Assembly (NCBI GenBank): GCA_944385835.1
Contig: CALWYT010000087.1
Span: 1-40,773 of the forward strand
Origin: an uncultured Oscillospiraceae bacterium
GTDB lineage: Bacteria; Bacillota; Clostridia; Oscillospirales; Oscillospiraceae
DNA length: 40,773 nt
Reading direction: 5' to 3'
Below are positions 11,995 to 19,289 of this stretch, in pieces; position 1 is the first letter of the stretch, and each line of letters begins with the position of its first letter. The notes beneath the pieces are model-generated. The model saw only the letters and a program-made list of their open reading frames with translations. It was not told the DNA's origin and did not search any database. The position numbers were made by a program, and so were the translations under genes.

Positions 11995-12345
11995 TTGGAG
12001 TTCAGCGTACCGCTTAAAATGAACTATGACTTCCGTCGCGCCTACCGAAAGGGCAGGAGCGCGGCGAAGCCATGCCTTGTGCTGTACGCAAGGCGCAATG
12101 GAAGCGCCCTGAACCGCGTCGGCTATACGGTCAGCAAGAAGCTGGGCCACGCCGTCGTGCGCAACCGCGTCCGCCGCCGCCTGCGCGAGATATACAGGCT
12201 CCACGAGGGCGCGATGCGCCCCGGCCACGACCTGGTCGTCGTGGCGCGCAGCCGCGCAGTCTCCGCCGACTACGGCAGGCTGGAGCGCGACTTCATGCGC
12301 GCCTGCGCCGAGCTGGGCCTGCTGCGAGAGGGGGAGCGGGCGTGA
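11995..12345 (+). CDS. rnpA: ribonuclease P protein component
   Basis: Basic 116-aa ORF directly after rpm[11 protein letters not shown]...[24 protein letters not shown] is the RnpA signature. Start uncertain (TTG 11995 or ATG 12019). Confidence 0.85.
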   Translation: MEFSVPLKMNYDFRRAYRKGRSAAKPCLVLYARRNGSALNRVGYTVSKKLGHAVVRNRVRRRLREIYRLHEGAMRPGHDLVVVARSRAVSADYGRLERDFMRACAELGLLREGERA

Positions 12346-12614
12346 AAAAGCTCATGCTCGCCATGATACGCTTCTACCGCCGCAACATCTCGCCGCTCAC
12401 GCCGCCGTGCTGCCGCTTTGTCCCCACCTGCTCGGAATACGCGCTCGAGGCCATAGAGCTCTACGGCCCCGTCAAGGGCTTCTGGCTGGCCCTCAAGCGG
12501 ATAAGCCGCTGCCACCCCCTGCACCTTGGCGAGCACGAGTTTTACGACCCTGTGCCATATCCTCCGCGCGCCAGACGCCCGGACACTGACCGGGACAAAA
12601 CACCGAGGAGCTAA
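12342..12614 (+). CDS. yidD: membrane protein insertion efficiency factor YidD
   Basis: GTG at 12342 overlaps the rnpA stop (GTGA). [38 protein letters not shown] is the YidD signature. Confidence 0.85.
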   Translation: MKKLMLAMIRFYRRNISPLTPPCCRFVPTCSEYALEAIELYGPVKGFWLALKRISRCHPLHLGEHEFYDPVPYPPRARRPDTDRDKTPRS

Positions 12615-12620
12615 GAGAAA

Positions 12621-13973
12621 ATGCTTGATGCTATAGCAACACCCTTTGGCTGGTTGATGATGATGCTCTACAACCTGACCGACAACTTCGGTTGGGCCAT
12701 CATCCTCTTCGCCATTGTCGTCACGCTTGTAATGCTGCCCTTCATGGCCAAGAGCAAGAAGAGCATGATGCGTATGTCCCGCCTCCAGCCGCGCATGATG
12801 GAGCTTCAGAAGAAGCACGAGGGCAACCCGCAGAAACTCAACGAGGAGGTCGCGCGCCTCTACCGAGAGAACAAGGTCAGCCCCATGGGCGGCTGCCTGT
12901 GGGGCCTGCTGCCCATCTTCATCATGCTGGCCCTCTACCGCGCCGTGGTCAAGCCGCTCACCATCATGATGGGCGTCCCCGACGAGCTGCTGCTCGAGGG
13001 CGGCGCGATATACGAGCAGCTCAAGGCGCTGGGCTACCAGTTCGCCTCCACCGGCAACAGCTTTTACGAGCAGATCTACCAGGCCAAGTTCATCGCCGAG
13101 AACTGGGATTCCTTCCGCGGGATCTCCGATCAGCTGGTGCAGATGAACTTCAACTTCATCGGCCTCGACCTCTCCGCCACCCCCGACTGGAAGTTCTGGA
13201 CCTTCGACCTCTCCAGCGGCGCGGCCCAGACCATCGGCCTCTTTGTGATGCCGCTTATCTCCACCGCGCTGAGCTATTTCTCCATGTTCGTCAGCCGCAA
13301 GATGCAGCCTAACGTCGGTACGACGCAGCAGGCGGCGTCCCAGGCCCAGACCATGAAGACCATGATGTACGTCATGCCGCTGATGAGCCTCTGGATAGGC
13401 TTCGTCATGCCTGCGGCCATGAGCGTGTACTGGGTCATCAACAGCGTCATGGGCATCCTGCGCGAGACGGGCCTCACGCTGCTGTTCCGCAAGCAGATGG
13501 CCAAGGAGGACGAGGAGTTCAACGCCAAGGAGCGCGCGAGGGAGGAGGAGCTGGAGCGCAAGCGCCAGGAGACCGAGCGGCTGCGCGCCATGAACGCCAC
13601 CACCGTCAACAAGAACACCAGCAAGAAAAAGCAGCAGGCCCAGGCCGCCCAGGCCGGCGCGGAGCGCCGCGCCGCCGCCGAGAGGGCCGAGCGCGCCGAG
13701 AGGCGCAAGCGCCTGGGCATAGTCGAGGAGGAGAAGCCGGCCTCCCAGGTGGGCAACCGCCGCTTCGCCAGGGGCAGGGCCTACGTGGAGGAGCGCTTCG
13801 AGCACCCCGAGACCGCGGAGGAGGCCACCAGGGCCGCCGCCGAGGCCAGCGAGGGCATGGGCTCCATCGACCCCGAGGTAATTGACGACACCGTCATCCT
13901 CGGCGTCCCCGACGACAGCAATAACGCCGCAGAGGCTCCCGAGGTCAACGACGGGGAGCAGCAGGAGAGATAA
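12621..13973 (+). CDS. yidC: YidC/Oxa1 family membrane protein insertase with a long charged C-terminal tail
   Basis: 450 aa. GWAIILFAIVVTLVMLPF...MMRMSRLQPRMMELQKKH is typical of Gram-positive YidC. About 160 aa of K/R/E/A-rich tail follow the last TM segment. Confidence 0.9.
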   Translation: MLDAIATPFGWLMMMLYNLTDNFGWAIILFAIVVTLVMLPFMAKSKKSMMRMSRLQPRMMELQKKHEGNPQKLNEEVARLYRENKVSPMGGCLWGLLPIFIMLALYRAVVKPLTIMMGVPDELLLEGGAIYEQLKALGYQFASTGNSFYEQIYQAKFIAENWDSFRGISDQLVQMNFNFIGLDLSATPDWKFWTFDLSSGAAQTIGLFVMPLISTALSYFSMFVSRKMQPNVGTTQQAASQAQTMKTMMYVMPLMSLWIGFVMPAAMSVYWVINSVMGILRETGLTLLFRKQMAKEDEEFNAKERAREEELERKRQETERLRAMNATTVNKNTSKKKQQAQAAQAGAERRAAAERAERAERRKRLGIVEEEKPASQVGNRRFARGRAYVEERFEHPETAEEATRAAAEASEGMGSIDPEVIDDTVILGVPDDSNNAAEAPEVNDGEQQER

Positions 13974-13974
13974 T

Positions 13975-14754
13975 ATGAAGAAATATCTTGAGAAAACCGG
14001 TAAAACCGAGGATGAGGCCCTCGCCGCAGCGCTGGCCGAGCTGGGCCTCGAGCGCGACGACGTCTCCGTGGAGATTGTCGAGCGCGCCAAGAGCGGCTTC
14101 CTTGGCCTGGGCGCCTCCCCCGCGGTCATCCGCGTGGAGTACGAGGTACCCGACGAGCCGGAGACGAAGCCGGAACCCGCGCGCGAGGAGGCCGCGGCCG
14201 CCGGGAAGGCCGGCGAGCCGGCCGCCGCGCAGAGCGCCGCGCCCAAGTACGCCGAGGGCGTCAAGGCCGCCACGGAGAGCTTCCTCTCCGGGCTGCTGGA
14301 GCGCATGGGCGTCAAGGCGGAGATCACGATAAGCGACCGCGAGGGCGGCGGGCTGCTGGTAGAGCTGTCCGGCCCGGGCATGGGCGCGGTGATAGGCCGC
14401 CGCGGCGAGACCCTGGACGCCATCCAGCACCTCACCAACTACGCCGTCAACCGCGGCGCGGACAAGCGCTGCCACATCAGCGTGGACGCCGAGAGCTACC
14501 GCGCCAAGCGCGAGGAGAGCCTGGTGCATCTCGCCGAGAAAATGGCCGCCAAGGTTGTGAAGTACAAGCGTTCCATGGCGCTGGAGCCGATGAACTCCTA
14601 CGAGCGGCACGTGATACACACCGCGCTGCAGAACTACGAGGGCGTCTCTACCAGCTCCACGGGTACGGAGCCTAACCGCCGCGTGGTAGTCTCCTACGAG
14701 CGCGGGAACAGGCAGCCGCAGGACAACCGCCCGCAGAGCCGCGAGTGGAGCTGA
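13975..14754 (+). CDS. jag: Jag/SpoIIIJ-associated RNA-binding protein (Jag_N, KH, R3H)
   Basis: ATG at 13975, one base after the yidC stop. MKKYLEKTGKTEDEALAAALAELG (Jag_N), IGRRGETLDAIQ (KH GxxG), ERHVIHTAL (R3H). Confidence 0.85.
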   Translation: MKKYLEKTGKTEDEALAAALAELGLERDDVSVEIVERAKSGFLGLGASPAVIRVEYEVPDEPETKPEPAREEAAAAGKAGEPAAAQSAAPKYAEGVKAATESFLSGLLERMGVKAEITISDREGGGLLVELSGPGMGAVIGRRGETLDAIQHLTNYAVNRGADKRCHISVDAESYRAKREESLVHLAEKMAAKVVKYKRSMALEPMNSYERHVIHTALQNYEGVSTSSTGTEPNRRVVVSYERGNRQPQDNRPQSREWS

Positions 14755-14767
14755 GGAGGTACGCCGA

Positions 14768-14992
14768 ATGTTTGAGACCGTGCGCAAGGTCCTGGCCGAG
14801 CAGCTGGAGGTGGATCCCGCGCTCATCACGCCGGAGACCGACATCATCGACGACCTGGGCGCAGACAGCCTCGACCTGGTCGAGCTGGTCATGAGCCTCG
14901 AGGAGCGCTACGACATCGTCCTTACCGACGACAAGACCGCCAACGTCCGCACCGTGGGACAGGTGGTCAAGATGCTCGAGGGCGTAATATGA
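14768..14992 (+). CDS. acyl carrier protein
   Basis: 74 aa. DDLGADSLDLVELVMSLEE contains the DSL phosphopantetheine attachment motif. Confidence 0.8.
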   Translation: MFETVRKVLAEQLEVDPALITPETDIIDDLGADSLDLVELVMSLEERYDIVLTDDKTANVRTVGQVVKMLEGVI

Positions 14993-14998
14993 GACAAG

Positions 14999-15027
14999 GC
15001 GGGAGGGCCGGGCGCCCTCCCGCTTTT
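14999..15027 (+). terminator. rho-independent terminator after the ACP gene
   Basis: GCGGGAGGGC / GCCCTCCCGC perfect 10-bp stem, 5-nt loop, then TTTT. Confidence 0.75.
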
Positions 15028-15034
15028 CATATCG

Positions 15035-15080
15035 CGGCAAAGGGTCCGGCGGCCGTTCTCGGCCGCCGGACCCTTTGCCG
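15035..15080. terminator. 20-bp perfect hairpin between convergent genes
   Basis: CGGCAAAGGGTCCGGCGGCC (15035-15054) pairs perfectly with 15061-15080, loop GTTCTC. No U-tract on either side, so the terminator role is inferred from position only. Confidence 0.45.
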
Positions 15081-15088
15081 GCCTGGCG

Positions 15089-15370
15089 TCAGTAGAGGAA
15101 GGGGCGCTTTTCCCGGCGGCGGCGCGCGGGGCTTGCGTCCAGCTCCACAAGTATGATGTCGTCGCCCAGCCGCTGTATGCAGCCCCAGGCTATTACGTAG
15201 TCGTCCTCGCGGCCGAGCAGCCCTCCGGCGCGCCCGGCCCCGGGGACGATAAGCGCGCAGATCTGCCCCGAGCAGGGGTCGAAGTCCACGTCGCAGACAT
15301 AGCCGAGCCGCAGCCCGCTCTTGAGGTCGATGACCTCCTTGCTGCGCAGCTCGGAGAAGAGGCAGCCCAC
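15089..15370 (-). CDS. YlmC/YmxH family sporulation protein (PRC-barrel)
   Basis: GTG at 15370 is preceded by GGGGGTGATAAC. SELRSKEVIDLKSGLRLGYVCDVDFDPCSGQICALIVPG matches the YlmC/YmxH pattern. The track ORF extends to 15424. Confidence 0.8.
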   Translation of the reverse strand: MGCLFSELRSKEVIDLKSGLRLGYVCDVDFDPCSGQICALIVPGAGRAGGLLGREDDYVIAWGCIQRLGDDIILVELDASPARRRREKRPFLY

Positions 15371-15410
15371 GTTATCACCCCCCGCTGGAAGCGTATGCGC
15401 CCGCGGCGCG

Positions 15411-16175
15411 TCAAATGCGGGCAAATTCTCCGCGGTACAGCCGCAGCGCCCCGCAGCGCAGCAGGGCGGCGAGCTTCAGCCGCTCCGCCGCGGGTACGAG
15501 GCGGAATTCCTCCGGCAGGGCCGCCGGCGCTTCCAGGCGGCTGAAAGCGCCGCCGCGCAGCAGCCGCCGCGCGCCCGGCAGAGGGGAGGCGAGGCCCATG
15601 CCGCGCCCTGCAAGGGCGAAGGCGGCGCCTGAGACGCCGTCGAAGGCCACGCCGCAGCCCGGGTAGGCCGCGGCCAGCGAGGCGAGCAGGGCGTCGCGCC
15701 GGGCCGGGGCGAGATGGCCGAGCAGGCCGCCCATCATTATGAAGGCCCCGCCCTCCGCCGCCGGCAGCTCGCCCGCGCCGCCGGACAGGTCGGCGGACAC
15801 GTAGGCCTCGCCCGGCCCGGGCGGCAGCAGCTCCCGGCGCAGCTCGATGACCTCCGGGAGATCGGCGTATATGCGCGCGCCGGAGCCGGGCAGGCGGCGC
15901 GCAAGCGTATCCAGCCCGCAGCCGAGGTCGATTACGGCCGCTCCGGGGCGCAGCGCGAGATAGCCCTCCGCCGCGCGCCGGATAAACAGCTCGCGCAGGG
16001 CGTAGAGCGCGCAGTCGGCCCGCAGCGCCTGCGAAAAGTCCGCGCGCAGCCGGCGCAGCAGCAGCGCGTCGTCCTCCCCGACGCCGAGGCCGGGGTAGAG
16101 CAGCGCGCAGCGCGCCCTGCACCAGAGCGGGACAAGCAGCGTGCGCCCCGCGCCCTTCAGCGTGGCGGCGTTCAC
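15411..16175 (-). CDS. class I SAM-dependent methyltransferase (COG3315/LCM-TcmP-like)
   Basis: C-terminal 255 codons of the 421-aa track ORF. GTG at 16175 overlaps the exonuclease stop (GTGA). TLLVPLWCRA and VIDLGCGLDT (motif I) are present. Confidence 0.65.
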   Translation of the reverse strand: MNAATLKGAGRTLLVPLWCRARCALLYPGLGVGEDDALLLRRLRADFSQALRADCALYALRELFIRRAAEGYLALRPGAAVIDLGCGLDTLARRLPGSGARIYADLPEVIELRRELLPPGPGEAYVSADLSGGAGELPAAEGGAFIMMGGLLGHLAPARRDALLASLAAAYPGCGVAFDGVSGAAFALAGRGMGLASPLPGARRLLRGGAFSRLEAPAALPEEFRLVPAAERLKLAALLRCGALRLYRGEFARI

Positions 16176-16732
16176 AGCGCGCAGCTGCGCCGGGCGCAGA
16201 GGTCGTAGCCGCGTACAAGCCGCGACAGGTCCACGCCGCGCCGCTCGCACTCGAGCAGTATCCCAGCGCAGGCCAGGGCGTCGCTGGCCGCATTGTGGTG
16301 GTCCAGCTCCAGGCCCAGGGCGCGCGCGAGCGTGTCCAGCCTGTGGTTGGGCAGCTCGGGGAAGGCGCGGCGGGCGGCGCGGACGGTGTCTATGTACGCC
16401 GCGCGCGGCCGCCAGGCTATGCCGTAGGCGGCCAGGCACTTGGCCAGCACGCACATATCGAAGACGGCGTTGTGCGCGACAAGCACAGAGCCGGTGAAAA
16501 GCGGCTCCAGCTCGGCGCGCCAAAGCCAGGCGAAGTTCGGCTCCTGCGCCGTAAGCTCCGGCGTGATGCCGTGCAGGCGCATATTGAAGCCGTCGAAGCC
16601 GCACTCGGGGTCCACAAGCCGCCCGCCGCAGCCGAGCATCCGCCCGCCCTCCAGCAGGCACCAGCCTATCTGGCACATCCTGTCGTTGCGGGCGTTGGGC
16701 GTCTCAGTGTCGAAAACCAGATATCGCGGCAT
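16172..16732 (-). CDS. DEDDh 3'-5' exonuclease (DnaQ/epsilon-like domain)
   Basis: 186 aa. LVFDTETPN (Exo I), VAHNAVFDMCVL (Exo II), HNAASDALACA (Exo III, H-type). Confidence 0.85.
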   Translation of the reverse strand: MPRYLVFDTETPNARNDRMCQIGWCLLEGGRMLGCGGRLVDPECGFDGFNMRLHGITPELTAQEPNFAWLWRAELEPLFTGSVLVAHNAVFDMCVLAKCLAAYGIAWRPRAAYIDTVRAARRAFPELPNHRLDTLARALGLELDHHNAASDALACAGILLECERRGVDLSRLVRGYDLCARRSCAL

Positions 16733-17425
16733 CTAGCGGCCCTCCCTGCGCAGCCGGCGCAGCCGCTCCTTGAGCGCGGGGTCCACGCGGCGGGATTCCA
16801 GGGCCTTCTGTATGGTTTTCTGCCGTACCCAGGCGCTGAGGCGGGCGCCCTCGAGCAGCTCCAGCGCGGCCTCCGGCTGCTTGGCGAGGGCCGTGGCGAG
16901 GTACCAGGCTATCATCATGTCCACATAGTAGTCGCCGCAGCAGCGCGCGGCGGCAGCCTCCAGCTGGGCGGCGGAGAAGCCCTCGCCGAGGTAATAGCAC
17001 ATATAGACCGCGATGCCGAAGCGCGCGGTGTAGGTATGCGGGCTGTTCAGCCAGAGCGCGGCGCGCCGCTCCAGGCCGGCCGGCCTGCGCTCGAAGCACC
17101 TGGGGCGCAGCAGGTCGCAGGTGGCCCAGTTGTCCACGTAGGGGAGGAAGGCCTCGAGCGCCCCGGCGCAGCGCTCATAGCCGCGCAGGGCGCAGACAAG
17201 CAGGCCGTGGAGGTTGTCCTCGTCGTAATATGCGTGCGGCAGCGCCGAGAGGAAGGCCTCCGCCTCCGGCGTGCCGGCCAGCTCCTTCGCCAGCGCGCGC
17301 AGGGCCGGCATACGCACGCCCAGTATGCGCCCCGGGCTGAGCGTGGGTATCAGCGAGGCCTGGAAGGCCCTGTACCCGGGATCGGCCAGCGCGGCCAGGC
17401 GCGCGGCGACGGCGTCAGCGCTCAT
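16733..17425 (-). CDS. DNA alkylation repair protein (AlkD-like HEAT-repeat family)
   Basis: 230 aa. AFQASLIPT...ILGVRMPALRALAKEL...DNWATCD...WVRQKTIQKALES matches the PF08713-type pattern. The stop abuts the exonuclease start codon. Confidence 0.75.
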   Translation of the reverse strand: MSADAVAARLAALADPGYRAFQASLIPTLSPGRILGVRMPALRALAKELAGTPEAEAFLSALPHAYYDEDNLHGLLVCALRGYERCAGALEAFLPYVDNWATCDLLRPRCFERRPAGLERRAALWLNSPHTYTARFGIAVYMCYYLGEGFSAAQLEAAAARCCGDYYVDMMIAWYLATALAKQPEAALELLEGARLSAWVRQKTIQKALESRRVDPALKERLRRLRREGR

Positions 17426-17975
17426 GACGGCTCCGCCTTTTCTTCGCGCGCCGGGCGGCGCGGATCTGGCGCATACCGCGGCGGTTTATCACCACCGTCG
17501 GCTCGCGCCGGAGCGAGGTGTTCCAGCTCTCCAGCGCGAAGAACACCGCCGCCTCGCCCACCAGGGCGAAGAGGCACCACAGCGCCCAGTTGGGGTCCAG
17601 GGTGCGGAAGAACAGGAAATCCGTCACCGTCACCCAGTAGCACAGGCTGGTCAGCGCCGTGACGGCATAGTTCGCCGCACCCAGCGCGCTGAGCCTCTCG
17701 GGGTACTTGTTGATGGTGTAGCGGTTGAAAAACAGCGGTATGTCCGTCTGGATAAAGCTGCTCCAGCCGACGTATTCGGGGATGAGCAGCCGCGCGAGGC
17801 GCTCGTTCCTTATCGTGACAAAGCCCTTTATGCGGTCGGCGGCCGTCCACCAGGCGCTGTGGCGCGCGATGACGAAGCCGCAGACCCAGGGCGGCACGGC
17901 GGCGAAAACCGCCCAGATCAGCGCGCCGCCGACGGCCATGCCGACGCCGCGCAGAAGCAGCATAAATGCAGCCAT
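17415..17975 (-). CDS. membrane protein, unknown function (2+2 TM segments, basic C-tail)
   Basis: 186-aa ORF with a GGAGGT RBS. Hydrophobic N-terminal pair, a second pair near residues 100-150, and an RRAKKRRSRHER tail. Overlaps the AlkD-like start by 11 nt. Confidence 0.65.
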   Translation of the reverse strand: MAAFMLLLRGVGMAVGGALIWAVFAAVPPWVCGFVIARHSAWWTAADRIKGFVTIRNERLARLLIPEYVGWSSFIQTDIPLFFNRYTINKYPERLSALGAANYAVTALTSLCYWVTVTDFLFFRTLDPNWALWCLFALVGEAAVFFALESWNTSLRREPTVVINRRGMRQIRAARRAKKRRSRHER

Positions 17976-18002
17976 TGTGAACCTCCGGATTTGAGTTGCG
18001 CC

Positions 18003-18377
18003 CTACTTGACAAGGGCGAAGGCGCGCGCCTCGGCCAGCCAGGAGAAAAGCTCCCCGTCCAGCTGCTCCGCCGAGGAGACGCAGACGTGGTGCGTCCAGC
18101 GGCCGGGGTACGGCTCCACGGCCGCGAGCAGGCGGGGGCTGTCCAGCCTGCGGCCCAGGCCGAAGCTGAGGATGATGAAGCCCTCCGCGGGGCAGGCGCG
18201 GCCCATGCGGCGCGTGGAGACGAAGGCGAAGCCGTAGCGCTCGCGGAAGGCCATCTGCGTGCGCGCGGCGCGCACCTCCACGTCCGGCCAGCGCGCGAGT
18301 ATCCCGGCGCGCAGCCGCTCATAGAGGGTCAGCGCGGCCGGCCGCCCGGAAAAGAGCGCCAGCTCGTCCACCGTCAT
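18003..18377 (-). CDS. small soluble protein, DUF5655-like (tentative)
   Basis: 124-aa ORF, first gene of the operon. The pattern TQMAFRERYGFAFV...RWTHHVCVSSAEQLDGELFSWLAEA resembles DUF5655/YdhG-type domains. Family call is uncertain. Confidence 0.55.
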   Translation of the reverse strand: MTVDELALFSGRPAALTLYERLRAGILARWPDVEVRAARTQMAFRERYGFAFVSTRRMGRACPAEGFIILSFGLGRRLDSPRLLAAVEPYPGRWTHHVCVSSAEQLDGELFSWLAEARAFALVK

Positions 18378-18400
18378 AGCATCGCCGCCTTTCGCAACCC

Positions 18401-18429
18401 ATTTTGCCGCAAACGGCCCCTCTTGTCAA
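18401..18429 (-). promoter_or_regulatory. candidate promoter of the 18377-15089 operon
   Basis: Minus strand: TTGACA (18429-18424), 17-nt spacer, CAAAAT (18406-18401). Confidence 0.4.
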
Positions 18430-18472
18430 GCTCAAGGCGCCGCCTCGCGCCCAAAAACGGCCTGAAATACGG

Positions 18473-18503
18473 ATTAAAGCGCCGGTGCGTCCGGCGCTTT
18501 AAT
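18473..18503 (-). terminator. terminator hairpin after the TetR gene
   Basis: ATTAAAGCGCCGG / CCGGCGCTTTAAT perfect 13-bp stem, 5-nt loop. T-rich stem end and flank. Confidence 0.6.
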
Positions 18504-18529
18504 CTTCCTTTAAGGTATTTGCGGGATAA

Positions 18530-19126
18530 TTACTCTGCGGCGGGGTCGAAGGGGACGCCGTCCTCCGTCAACACTCCCACGATGCAGGCGCGCACTATGC
18601 TGCGCACGGGCCTCGCCATCTGCGCGCTGCCGCTGGGCGCCACGCCTGAGATACGGTTGAGCATCATGCCGGACGCGGCCTCCGAGAGGAACTCGCATAG
18701 GTAGTCGCGCGTGGCCGCCGGCAGCCGGCGGCGCAGCTTCTGCTCGACGGAATCTATGAGCTTGCCGGTCAGGCCGACAAAGCTGGCGTGGAAGAAGCGC
18801 CCCAGCGCCACGCTGCCGAAGGCGTCGTAGGCGCTGCGCAGCAGGTCGATGTTCTCGTCTATGTACCCGGCGACGAACTTCATCGCGTCCTCGTAGTCCT
18901 CGATTAGGTCGAAACGCTCCAGCATACTCACCGCCTCCTGCTCGAAAATCCAGCGCAGGAGGGCGTAGATGTCCTCGAAGTGGTAATAGAAGGTCTTGCG
19001 GTTGACCCCGCAGTCGGCAACGATTTCGGTGACGGTTATCTTGGAAAAGGGTTTCTGCCGCATAAACTTTTTCAGCGACTCCGCCAGGGCCTGCTTTGTG
19101 CGCATCGAGGCGGCCTCGTATTTCAT
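18530..19126 (-). CDS. TetR/AcrR family transcriptional regulator
   Basis: ATG at 19126 after GGAGGAATCGAA. TKQALAESLKKFMRQKPFSKITVTEIVADCGVNRKTFYYHFEDIYALLRW is a TetR HTH of the DhaS-like type. The track ORF extends to 19150. Confidence 0.85.
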   Translation of the reverse strand: MKYEAASMRTKQALAESLKKFMRQKPFSKITVTEIVADCGVNRKTFYYHFEDIYALLRWIFEQEAVSMLERFDLIEDYEDAMKFVAGYIDENIDLLRSAYDAFGSVALGRFFHASFVGLTGKLIDSVEQKLRRRLPAATRDYLCEFLSEAASGMMLNRISGVAPSGSAQMARPVRSIVRACIVGVLTEDGVPFDPAAE

Positions 19127-19177
19127 TTCGATTCCTCCAGGCCTATTCAACTATCGTATAGTGTAAGATAAAAAAAC

Positions 19178-19196
19178 TTTGACGACAACGGTCAAA
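19178..19196. promoter_or_regulatory. candidate TetR operator in the divergent intergenic region
   Basis: TTTGAC-N7-GTCAAA inverted repeat. Followed by GGAC-aaac-GTCC and another TTTTGAC half-site. Confidence 0.35.
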
Positions 19197-19289
19197 TTTG
19201 GACAAACGTCCCCTTTTGACCCTTTTCCGCCGCATAGGGGCGGCGCTATGATTTAACCGAGGCTAACCGGCCGGAAAGGTTTGGTGTAA

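Noticed and set aside
15411-16676. The 421-aa minus-strand ORF treated as one gene.
   Set aside because: Its N-terminal 167 codons overlap the DEDDh exonuclease in another frame and are Arg/Ala/Pro junk. Only the part from GTG 16175 (GTGA overlap with the exonuclease stop) has methyltransferase motifs.
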